Source: a virus
Taxonomy: Duplodnaviria > Caudoviricetes
DNA length: 24,351 bases
Direction: 5' to 3' (one strand)
Virus record (IMG/VR): IMGVR_UViG_3300037634_006911
Span: 1 to 24,351 of that record
This document shows, one piece after another, positions 16,058-23,212 of this stretch. The notes below the pieces were generated by a model. It searched no databases and was not told where the DNA came from. It saw nothing but the letters and a program-made list of their open reading frames with translations. The number at the start of each line of letters is the position of its first letter. The first letter of the stretch is position 1. A program made the translations under genes and the position numbers.

Positions 16058-16520
16058 ATTTACCAAAGTTGAAGAGAGCGCCATAACCCCAACCAGAGGA
16101 AATCCATCAGATGCGGGTCTAGATCTATATGCTTTTTTAGAGGAGGGTCCGATAACGATAAGGTCTGGTGAAAATAAAATGATCCCGACCGGTCTGCGTT
16201 TTGGGATCCCCCATGGATACATGCTGCAGGTTTGTAATCGCGGAAGTATGGGAGCTAAGCGCTCTCTTATCGTCGGTGCACACATTGTAGATTCTGGGTA
16301 TGATGGAGAAGTATTTATCGACTTGCACAATATTGGAATGGGCACACAAATAATCCGCAGCGGAGAGAAAATAGCCCAGGTAATATTGGTACCAGTAGTC
16401 CATTTCCGGCCCAGAGAAAACAAAGAAGGTGATCTCTATGAGAAACAAGGATTGACAATTAGTGATCGTGGCGATGGTGCCCTAGGGAGCACTGATGTAA
16501 GGCAAGGAGTGTTGCTATGA
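16047..16520 (+). CDS. dut: trimeric dUTPase family protein
   Basis: Five motifs in order: AGLDL, NRGS, IVDSGYDGE, KIAQ, RGDGALGST; GGAGG RBS. Confidence 0.9.
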   Translation: MILEFTKVEESAITPTRGNPSDAGLDLYAFLEEGPITIRSGENKMIPTGLRFGIPHGYMLQVCNRGSMGAKRSLIVGAHIVDSGYDGEVFIDLHNIGMGTQIIRSGEKIAQVILVPVVHFRPRENKEGDLYEKQGLTISDRGDGALGSTDVRQGVLL

Positions 16521-16879
16521 TGACCGATAAAGAAAGACAATCTCATTCGAAAACAGTTGAGATACCGCTAGCAGAGGCAGATAAATGCTCCATAGAAGGT
16601 ATTACCCCAGGTATTACCCCGGCTCCGAAGAAGAAATGCGCTGGCAATTGCTGCGGCAAAAAGAAAGAACCAGGCAGTATGGTCGACCATCCAGCTCACT
16701 ATAATACTGGTAAGTGTGAAGTTATCGATGTTTTAGAAGATTGGGATATGGGCTTTCATTGTGGGAATGCCATTAAATATATTTCAAGACATAAACATAA
16801 AATGAATCCCGCCCAGGATATTGAAAAGGCGATCTGGTATCTACAGCGTTACTTGGGCAAGATGAATGAAGACACTTGA
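16517..16879 (+). CDS. DUF3310 (SaV / T7 gp1.7 nucleotide kinase-like) protein
   Basis: VDHPAHY, EVIDV, FHCGNAIKYISR.KHK, QDIEKAIWYL. Confidence 0.85.
   Translation: MMTDKERQSHSKTVEIPLAEADKCSIEGITPGITPAPKKKCAGNCCGKKKEPGSMVDHPAHYNTGKCEVIDVLEDWDMGFHCGNAIKYISRHKHKMNPAQDIEKAIWYLQRYLGKMNEDT
16598..16621 (+). repeat. 12-bp tandem duplication encoding GITP-GITP
   Basis: GGTATTACCCCA followed by GGTATTACCCCG. Confidence 0.7.
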
Positions 16880-17105
16880 TCTACATAATGTAAGGCATAG
16901 CGATGTAGAGAAAAAGTTTATGGAATTCATTAGTCATAGAAATGCTGATCACGTGCCCTTTCGAATCATAACGGGCAAATCTAAGAGGATGCATAACTTG
17001 GTTGTTGAACTTCTAAAGAAGAATGAATATGAATGGCGCTATGACGGATTTATCAATGTGGGAGCGCTGATCATTACCGATAAACCATTCCCAGAGCCTA
17101 GTTAA
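16866..17105 (+). CDS. stand-alone Smr-domain protein
   Basis: TLDLHN, RIITGKS and late NVGALII match the Smr motifs LDLHG, IITGKG and N.G. Confidence 0.75.
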   Translation: MKTLDLHNVRHSDVEKKFMEFISHRNADHVPFRIITGKSKRMHNLVVELLKKNEYEWRYDGFINVGALIITDKPFPEPS

Positions 17106-17111
17106 AAATAG

Positions 17112-17579
17112 ATGTCTGAGTGGTTTACAGGATCTGGAGAACAAATATCTTTTGAGGGTATACTTGATCTTGTCTTAGATCACGGAGAAGACGGGGGTAC
17201 CGTCTATATTGGCACTGATAGTATGATAAAGAAGAAGAAGTGCATTTTCTGTACAGCCATATGCTTACACGGCGATGCGAGGCACAGTAACAGATACTTT
17301 TTCAAAAAAATAGAGACACATTCAAAAGATTATGAAGTTTTATTTCAAAGAATTATGACAGAAGTACAGAATTCTGTTGACATTGGGTTGAAATTGTTGT
17401 ATTATTATCCTGATATGAATATTGAATTACATCTTGATATTAGTAAATCGGGTGGAAATACTAAGACTAGTAAGATGGCTGATATGTTGGTAGGATATGC
17501 AAAGGGAAGTGGTTTTGAATGCAGAACAAAGCCGCTCGCGTTTGCCGCCTCATCAGTCGCAGATAAGCATTCTAAATAA
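17112..17579 (+). CDS. YkuK-like RNase H-fold protein (DUF458)
   Basis: VYIGTDS, RIMTEVQNS, IELHLDI, KTSKM, KPLAFAASSVADKHSK. Confidence 0.8.
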   Translation: MSEWFTGSGEQISFEGILDLVLDHGEDGGTVYIGTDSMIKKKKCIFCTAICLHGDARHSNRYFFKKIETHSKDYEVLFQRIMTEVQNSVDIGLKLLYYYPDMNIELHLDISKSGGNTKTSKMADMLVGYAKGSGFECRTKPLAFAASSVADKHSK

Positions 17580-17589
17580 AGGAGTATAA

Positions 17590-18609
17590 GTGAAGGAGGC
17601 ATTATCATATGATGATGTATTATTGGTTCCTCTCTATAGCGATATAGAAAGTAGGAGCCAAGTAGACATCCACAGTGATTTATCAGAAGAGATAAGACTA
17701 GATTTACCTATCATTTCCAGTCCCATGGATACCGTAACGGAAAATCATATGGCGATGGAAATGCAGAAGGCAGGAGGTCTAGGAATTATTCATCGTTATA
17801 ATTCGATTGAGGAGCAGATTAGGATTGCTGCTCGTGTATTATTAGAAGAAGAAATAATCATCGGCGCAGCAATCGGGATGACTGGCGATTTCGAGGAACG
17901 GGCGCTAGCCTTGCGATCTGTGGGGGTCAAAGCTCTTTGTGTCGACGTAGCTCATGGTCATCATATAGTGATGGAAAGATGCCTTAAGACTCTCAGGGAC
18001 CGCTTAGGGGATTCTATGCATCTTATGACAGGAAACGTTGCAACCCTAGAAGCCTTCGAAGACTTGGCATCGTGGGGGGCAGACTCCGTAAGGGTCGGAA
18101 TCGGAGGAGGATCGATTTGCTCTACTCGTTTAGTTAGTGGTCATGGCATACCAACCTTTCAGAGCGTCTTAGACTGCTCCAAGACCACCACGGACGTCAA
18201 AATAATAGCTGACGGAGGTCTCAAGACATCGGGGGATATGGTTAAGGCTCTCGCCGCAGGCGCAGACTTTGTTATGGTTGGCTCTATGCTAGCAGGTACC
18301 GACGAATCTCCTGGAGAGGTGTTTTCTAATGACGCGAACAAGAAGTATAAAGTATATCGAGGAATGGCTTCGCACAGCGCACAAAGCGACTGGAGAGGTA
18401 AAGCTTCAACACCAGAGGGAATTTCTACTTCTATCCCCTATAAGGGAAGTGTCGCAAGTGTCTTGAGGGATCTAGCCGGTGGAATACGCAGCGGGCTATC
18501 TTACTCAGGAGCAACGAGTCTTAAAGAACTACGCTCAAAGTCGACCTTCATAAGACAGTCAACAGCCGCCCAGATTGAAAGTTCAACACATATTTTAAGG
18601 AGAGATTAA
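17590..18609 (+). CDS. IMP dehydrogenase / GMP reductase family protein lacking CBS domains (GMPR-like flap)
   Basis: [37 protein letters not shown], catalytic [40 protein letters not shown] start with AGGAG RBS. Confidence 0.88.
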   Translation: MKEALSYDDVLLVPLYSDIESRSQVDIHSDLSEEIRLDLPIISSPMDTVTENHMAMEMQKAGGLGIIHRYNSIEEQIRIAARVLLEEEIIIGAAIGMTGDFEERALALRSVGVKALCVDVAHGHHIVMERCLKTLRDRLGDSMHLMTGNVATLEAFEDLASWGADSVRVGIGGGSICSTRLVSGHGIPTFQSVLDCSKTTTDVKIIADGGLKTSGDMVKALAAGADFVMVGSMLAGTDESPGEVFSNDANKKYKVYRGMASHSAQSDWRGKASTPEGISTSIPYKGSVASVLRDLAGGIRSGLSYSGATSLKELRSKSTFIRQSTAAQIESSTHILRRD

Positions 18610-18953
18610 TGCCCAGAGATCCTTCAAAACCAGATCCCAATAATCGTAAGAAGTTTATGTTTTGGGACTCAGATAAGCGTCAAGCAGATTTGAGAATAAG
18701 ATTACAGCAAGATGGTTTTACACAATCTCATTTCTTTCGCGCCATGATTACCGGATACTTAGAAAAAGATGAGAATATATTAAAGTTTTTAGATGAGTAC
18801 AAGGGCAAGTATATCACTCAAGGTCAGAATAAGAGAAAACAAATCGAAAGGTCATATAAAGCCGGCGCTGAAACAAAGAAACAGTTCGCGCTTGATGAGA
18901 ATGAGATAGAAGATATCTTTGATATCATATCAGAGGAGTTTCCAGAATTATGA
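18609..18953 (+). CDS. hypothetical protein with possible ribbon-helix-helix N-terminus
   Basis: KKFMFW strand, then a helix, then GFTQSHFFRAMITGYL; TAATG overlap with the upstream gene. Confidence 0.5.
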   Translation: MPRDPSKPDPNNRKKFMFWDSDKRQADLRIRLQQDGFTQSHFFRAMITGYLEKDENILKFLDEYKGKYITQGQNKRKQIERSYKAGAETKKQFALDENEIEDIFDIISEEFPEL

Positions 18954-19195
18954 AATGTATCGAAGCCGCTAGAAAAGATAAGATACCATGTTGTAAAAAA
19001 GAATGCAGAAAATGGATTGATTATCCCAGTGAACTTAACTGTATATTAGAAACAGTAAAGAGGGCAGGAAGCCATCGTTTGACTCTGCGCGAATGTTCTA
19101 AGCGCTTGAATATAAGTTTTGTTAGAGTAAAACAGATAGAGGATAAAGCTCTTAAAAAGTTGAAAGCGAGAGATCTAACATCCTTTAAGGATTAA
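18950..19195 (+). CDS. stand-alone sigma70 region 4-like HTH protein with Cys-rich N-terminus
   Basis: LTLRECSKRLNISFVRVKQIEDKALKKL matches the sigma region 4.2 pattern; five cysteines in the first 31 aa. Confidence 0.75.
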   Translation: MKCIEAARKDKIPCCKKECRKWIDYPSELNCILETVKRAGSHRLTLRECSKRLNISFVRVKQIEDKALKKLKARDLTSFKD

Positions 19196-19221
19196 ATATT
19201 AGGATTTTTAGTATTTTATAT

Positions 19222-19229
19222 ACTATTTA
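19222..19229 (+). promoter_or_regulatory. putative phage late-promoter motif ACTATTTA
   Basis: TACTATTTA identical to the copy at 4361; upstream of AGGAG RBS and ATG 19263. Confidence 0.5.
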
Positions 19230-19262
19230 CCAATGAATCTTTTTATTCTCAGGAGTTACATA

Positions 19263-19931
19263 ATGAAAAAGAGCCTTCTTACCGAATCAGAAATCAGAAA
19301 GTTTATGAAGTTTGCCAATATTGATGGCAGCGCCGCAGAGAATTTTGTCGAGACCATCCAAGAGGAATGGGGTAGTAAAGAGGACGAATATAAGCGCCGC
19401 GACGGCAAGAAAGCCGGCGATATTGGAGGTCACTTCAAGGACGACGAAATGGACGAAAGTCTTGAAGAGGAAGAAATCGTAACTGAAGAAGGGGTTAACG
19501 AAGAAGAAGACGTCGTAACCGAAGAGGAAGAGGTCAACGAAGAAGAAGAGATTACCGAGGAAGTCCTTACGGAAGATGATGTTGATGTCAAAGAATTAGT
19601 CCGCAAATTGATGCAAGTTATTTCTGATGAAACTGGCGTCGAGGCAGAAGTTGTCGATGATGAAGAAGTTGTCGATGATGAAGAAGTTGTCGATGACGAA
19701 GTAGAAGTCGATGACGAAGTAGAAGTCGGAGACGAAGAAGTTATCGATGACGAAGAAGTTGTTGGTGATGAATTAGAGGCTGGTGACATGGACGACATGG
19801 CCCCAGATGATGAAGTAGAAGATCTTGAGACTTTAGAGGTCAGCGAAGATACTGAAGGTACATTGGCTGAGATGGATGCTCTTGTCGACGAAGTAACCAA
19901 GCGAGTTGCTGCTAGGCTCCTTGATCAGTAA
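19263..19931 (+). CDS. highly acidic repeat protein, putative prohead core/scaffold or internal head protein
   Basis: Very Glu/Asp-rich with many (I/V/L)-(T/N)-E motifs and C-terminal LVDEVTKRVAARL. Start moved from 19233 to ATG 19263 because of AGGAG at 19251-19255. Confidence 0.55.
   Translation: MKKSLLTESEIRKFMKFANIDGSAAENFVETIQEEWGSKEDEYKRRDGKKAGDIGGHFKDDEMDESLEEEEIVTEEGVNEEEDVVTEEEEVNEEEEITEEVLTEDDVDVKELVRKLMQVISDETGVEAEVVDDEEVVDDEEVVDDEVEVDDEVEVGDEEVIDDEEVVGDELEAGDMDDMAPDDEVEDLETLEVSEDTEGTLAEMDALVDEVTKRVAARLLDQ
19647..19772 (+). repeat. coding tandem repeat, 7 x 18 bp (EVVDDE-like units)
   Basis: GAAGTTGTCGATGATGAA twice, then five progressively diverged copies. Confidence 0.9.
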
Positions 19932-19956
19932 ACTATCAAGAATATAGGTTATTCTC

Positions 19957-19986
19957 AAGGCAGGGTTCATCCTTGCCTTTTTTTTT
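19957..19986 (+). terminator. Rho-independent terminator
   Basis: AAGGCAGGG-TTCAT-CCTTGCCTT hairpin running into a 9-T tract, just after the acidic-protein stop. Confidence 0.85.
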
Positions 19987-20009
19987 GAAAATTAACTTCG
20001 GAGTATGTT

Positions 20010-20741
20010 ATGATGAAATATAAAATGTTTGCAGAAAAGAAGGAAGAGGTCGAAGAGGAAGAAGAGAAAGGTGTTGATGATGCCGGCGCAGAAGAAAATG
20101 TCGTAGCAGAAGAAATTGTAAATGTAGAGGATCTGTCTTTCTTGATGAACTTGGGTAACTCTATGAACGAGAACGCCCCAAAGATTAGAGCGACAGGAAT
20201 TTACGGCGATATCAACGAAGAAAAGTGCTCTGAAGTTATTCATTCTATGCTGATGCTTGAGCAGTCAGGAAAGACTCTCCACTCAGAAGATCCAGAAGAT
20301 CCAGAATCTGAGCTTCTTGAAGAATATGAGCCCTTTGATTTCTATCTCTCTACTTTCGGCGGGTCTGCCTTAGATATGTTTGCTGTTTATGACGTGATGA
20401 GAAGAGTTAGAGAAACGACACAGATAAGAACGATTGGAATCGGAAAGGTAATGTCTGCCGGAACTTTGTTGCTAGCAGCCGGAACCAAAGGCGAGAGACA
20501 AATTGGCAAATATTGCCGCGTAATGATACATGGTGTCATAGCAGGGCAGTCGGGGCATCTCTTAGATATAGAGAATGAGTTTGAGGAATCTAAATTGACT
20601 CAAAAATTATATATCGATGCACTATCCGAAGAGACGAGTATGACCCCTAGATACATCAAGAACTTGATTAAAAAGAAAACTAATGTCTATTTATCAGCCC
20701 AAGAAGCTGTGGATTTAGGGATAGCAGATATAATAGTATGA
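20010..20741 (+). CDS. clpP: ClpP-like serine protease (peptidase S14)
   Basis: IYGDINE, YLSTFGGS, GKVMSAGT (Ser), VMIHG (His), YLSAQEAVDLGIADII. The start could also be 20013 or 20025. Confidence 0.88.
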   Translation: MMKYKMFAEKKEEVEEEEEKGVDDAGAEENVVAEEIVNVEDLSFLMNLGNSMNENAPKIRATGIYGDINEEKCSEVIHSMLMLEQSGKTLHSEDPEDPESELLEEYEPFDFYLSTFGGSALDMFAVYDVMRRVRETTQIRTIGIGKVMSAGTLLLAAGTKGERQIGKYCRVMIHGVIAGQSGHLLDIENEFEESKLTQKLYIDALSEETSMTPRYIKNLIKKKTNVYLSAQEAVDLGIADIIV

Positions 20742-21607
20742 TGTGGCGCAAGATTTGGTTTAATAAACGGTCTTCTAGGAGGTTTGGTTGGACCCCTGAG
20801 TGGTTTGGTCTGAGAGATTTTGATATTGAATTGATTGACGAGGTGATGATCTTCCAGCGCAATCACGATCTTAAACAAGATGGAATGGTTGGTACCAACA
20901 CCTTCAGAAGATTGCAAATGTATCACGACTTGGATCTTTTTGGAGATGATAATAGGATTTTGGTTAACGGCGTCAAACGCTCTATTGGTTGGCATAAAGT
21001 CAAGCGTGATTTAATTCCTTCCAACTGTTATCGAACCGTTAAGACACCGAGAAAGCCACATGTAATAGTTACTCATTTTGATGTTTGTACCAGCGCCGAA
21101 TCTTGCAAGAAGGTGTTGGAGAAGCGAGGCATCTCAACTCACTTTGTCATTGATAATGATGGGACGATTGTTCAACTAGTCGACACAAATCATATAGCTT
21201 GGCATGCCAGGAGTGCAAACAAATATTCTATTGGTATCGATATTTCTTCAGCTTATTATACCAAATATTTCAATACTTATACCAAGAAAGGATTTGGTCC
21301 GCGCCCAATTTTAGCAGATAGCGTTGTCCATGGCAGGCACCTAGACGCACATCTAGGATATTATCCTGAACAAATTCAAGCTTATAAGGCTCTGGTTCGC
21401 TATTTATGTAAGGTATATAAAATTCCTTTGGATTATCCAAAGGATGAAAAAGGTAAGCTGTCGACTACTGTACATAAAGAGGCAGCAAGAAATAAGTTTC
21501 GAGGCGTCGTTAATCATTATAATTTAACAAGAAACAAGATTGACACAGTTGGTCTAAAGATCGACGAGATTGTTGAAGATATTAAAAGATTGGAAGAGGA
21601 GAGATAG
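20738..21607 (+). CDS. N-acetylmuramoyl-L-alanine amidase (Amidase_2) with N-terminal peptidoglycan-binding motif; probable endolysin
   Basis: FQRNHDLKQDGMVGTNT (PG_binding_1-like); IVTH, STHFVIDNDGTIVQLV, AWHA, N..SIGID, VVNH and KID. Confidence 0.85.
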   Translation: MMWRKIWFNKRSSRRFGWTPEWFGLRDFDIELIDEVMIFQRNHDLKQDGMVGTNTFRRLQMYHDLDLFGDDNRILVNGVKRSIGWHKVKRDLIPSNCYRTVKTPRKPHVIVTHFDVCTSAESCKKVLEKRGISTHFVIDNDGTIVQLVDTNHIAWHARSANKYSIGIDISSAYYTKYFNTYTKKGFGPRPILADSVVHGRHLDAHLGYYPEQIQAYKALVRYLCKVYKIPLDYPKDEKGKLSTTVHKEAARNKFRGVVNHYNLTRNKIDTVGLKIDEIVEDIKRLEEER

Positions 21608-21609
21608 TT

Positions 21610-23121
21610 GTGAAATTTAAAATGACAGAGACACAAATTGATGAAGCACTTAAAGCTTCTAGAAAGTCCGAAGAGGAATCCAATTCGTTTGATTTGCTAG
21701 CTGAGATAGAGAAGAGATTTCGTGAATCCAGCGAAGATGTTTCATTGCTTAAAGAGGAATCTAGATTCAGTATGGTAATTTCTATACCGAAGATGGTTCC
21801 CTCAGAAGCGTGGGGAAATCCCGATTCCCAGAGCAGGCAAGAAATAGAGAGAGTATTTTCCGTTATTACCGGTGGTAGAGATATTCGCCAAAGAATCCAA
21901 AGTATAAATAAATTTCTTACTCCTGCATCCGCTCGTAGAAAGAGTTCGCCGTCAGTGATTCTCAATATGATGATGATTGTGGAAGCGTTACAGGCGACAC
22001 TGAATGATTATAATGAGAGCGCAGCAGGATTTGTTTTTGAGGGATTTATGGCAGCATTGACTGGCGGTAAACAGATTGCTGGTAAAGTTGCTGGCACTCT
22101 CCCTATTGAAGACTTCGTTGCCTTTTCTGAGTTTGGTGCCGATCAGCCGGTTAGCTTGAAGCTCTTGGCTGGGAAGCGCCAGAGCGCCATAAAAGGCAGC
22201 TTTACAAACTTGGTTGATTTTCTTTTAGTGAGGGGTTCGCCGGCAATTAAATATTTGGTGGCTTACAAGGAAACATCTGGCAAAGGTACTGTTGAAAAAA
22301 TTAATATAAAAGTTTTCGATATTACAATAGATAATTTTATCGATTTTATGGAAGGGGTCGGTGGAGGATCTTCGTTGATTCAGAATACTTCTGTGGGGAA
22401 ACACGGCAATAAGAAGAAATATATCGAACGCTATGGGACATCCGATAGCACGCAACTCGCACGCCTAGCTTTCAAGACATTCGCAGAGAGAGGTAAAGAA
22501 TCCCTTCCAGAGATAGCTCCTCTTATCACGGATTTCCATGGATATCAAAAAGCCGGATTGCTTAATAAGTTTATTGAGACTGGAGAATTGCCTAGAGAAC
22601 TCTCACCGGAAGAAAAGGAGGCAGAAATTGCAAGACGTACAGCCACGCGCAAAAAAGATTACTCGGCAATACCGACGACGGCAGACCAGCAGGATAGTCT
22701 TGTGGAGGCAATTCACCACAATCTGGACAATAAACAGCTAACTTTGAATGAAGCATTTCATTATCTAGAGAAAAGGGCGCTATTGTCGGAAGCGCTATTG
22801 TCGGAAGCAACGGGTGACAGTCAGTGGGCAGCAACTTACCCTCAATTAGAAAAGCTTTCCACCACAATCAATCTAGAATCATATGGAGAGCTAGATTTAT
22901 CTCAATCCAATATTGATCAACTAACAGAAATATATTCTGAGATATTAGGGGGCGAAATCAAGACACTTCTGTCCAAGACCAAAGACTTGACCGAAAATAT
23001 TGGAAAATATTATTCTGAAAAAAGAAGAAACAAAGCCCAGGCAGCTGGCCAAGCTGCACGCGGGGAAGCTGATGGAATTAAACAAGTTCTGGAAGGCGAT
23101 CCAAGATACAAAAAAGATTAA
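21610..23121 (+). CDS. hypothetical 503-aa protein with a possible PD-(D/E)XK-like nuclease core; possible virion protein
   Basis: AAGFVFEGFMAALTGG...PIEDF...PVSLKLL pattern; GTG start with GAGGAG RBS (ATG 21622 is an alternative). Confidence 0.5.
   Translation: MKFKMTETQIDEALKASRKSEEESNSFDLLAEIEKRFRESSEDVSLLKEESRFSMVISIPKMVPSEAWGNPDSQSRQEIERVFSVITGGRDIRQRIQSINKFLTPASARRKSSPSVILNMMMIVEALQATLNDYNESAAGFVFEGFMAALTGGKQIAGKVAGTLPIEDFVAFSEFGADQPVSLKLLAGKRQSAIKGSFTNLVDFLLVRGSPAIKYLVAYKETSGKGTVEKINIKVFDITIDNFIDFMEGVGGGSSLIQNTSVGKHGNKKKYIERYGTSDSTQLARLAFKTFAERGKESLPEIAPLITDFHGYQKAGLLNKFIETGELPRELSPEEKEAEIARRTATRKKDYSAIPTTADQQDSLVEAIHHNLDNKQLTLNEAFHYLEKRALLSEALLSEATGDSQWAATYPQLEKLSTTINLESYGELDLSQSNIDQLTEIYSEILGGEIKTLLSKTKDLTENIGKYYSEKRRNKAQAAGQAARGEADGIKQVLEGDPRYKKD
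22777..22806 (+). repeat. perfect 15-bp tandem duplication encoding ALLSE-ALLSE
   Basis: GCGCTATTGTCGGAA occurs twice in tandem. Confidence 0.85.
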
Positions 23122-23134
23122 TTGCATTCACCCC

Positions 23135-23163
23135 TTGACAAAATATGTTTTTGTGTTTATAAT
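23135..23163 (+). promoter_or_regulatory. consensus sigma70-type promoter for groEL
   Basis: TTGACA (23135-23140), 17-bp spacer, TATAAT (23158-23163). Confidence 0.85.
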
Positions 23164-23212
23164 ATAATCGTATACACAAAATCTCTATGCAGGGATTTCA
23201 AAAGAGGTAATA

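Noticed and set aside
19647-19772. Regular repeats as a possible CRISPR array
   Set aside because: The 18-bp units are contiguous, in-frame and have no unique spacers, and there are no cas genes; it is a coding tandem repeat.
19430-19900. 156-aa Ser/Thr-rich ORF on the minus strand
   Set aside because: It is the antisense shadow of the GAA/GAT-rich acidic gene; no independent RBS or promoter support.
19985-20014. Possible promoter TTGAAA-18-TATGAT overlapping the terminator tail and clpP start
   Set aside because: It conflicts with the GGAG RBS and ATG at 20010 and has a long spacer; plausible only if the start is 20025, so it was not called.
23121-23212. CIRCE operator upstream of groEL
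   Set aside because: No TTAGCACTC-N9-GAGTGCTAA inverted repeat is present.
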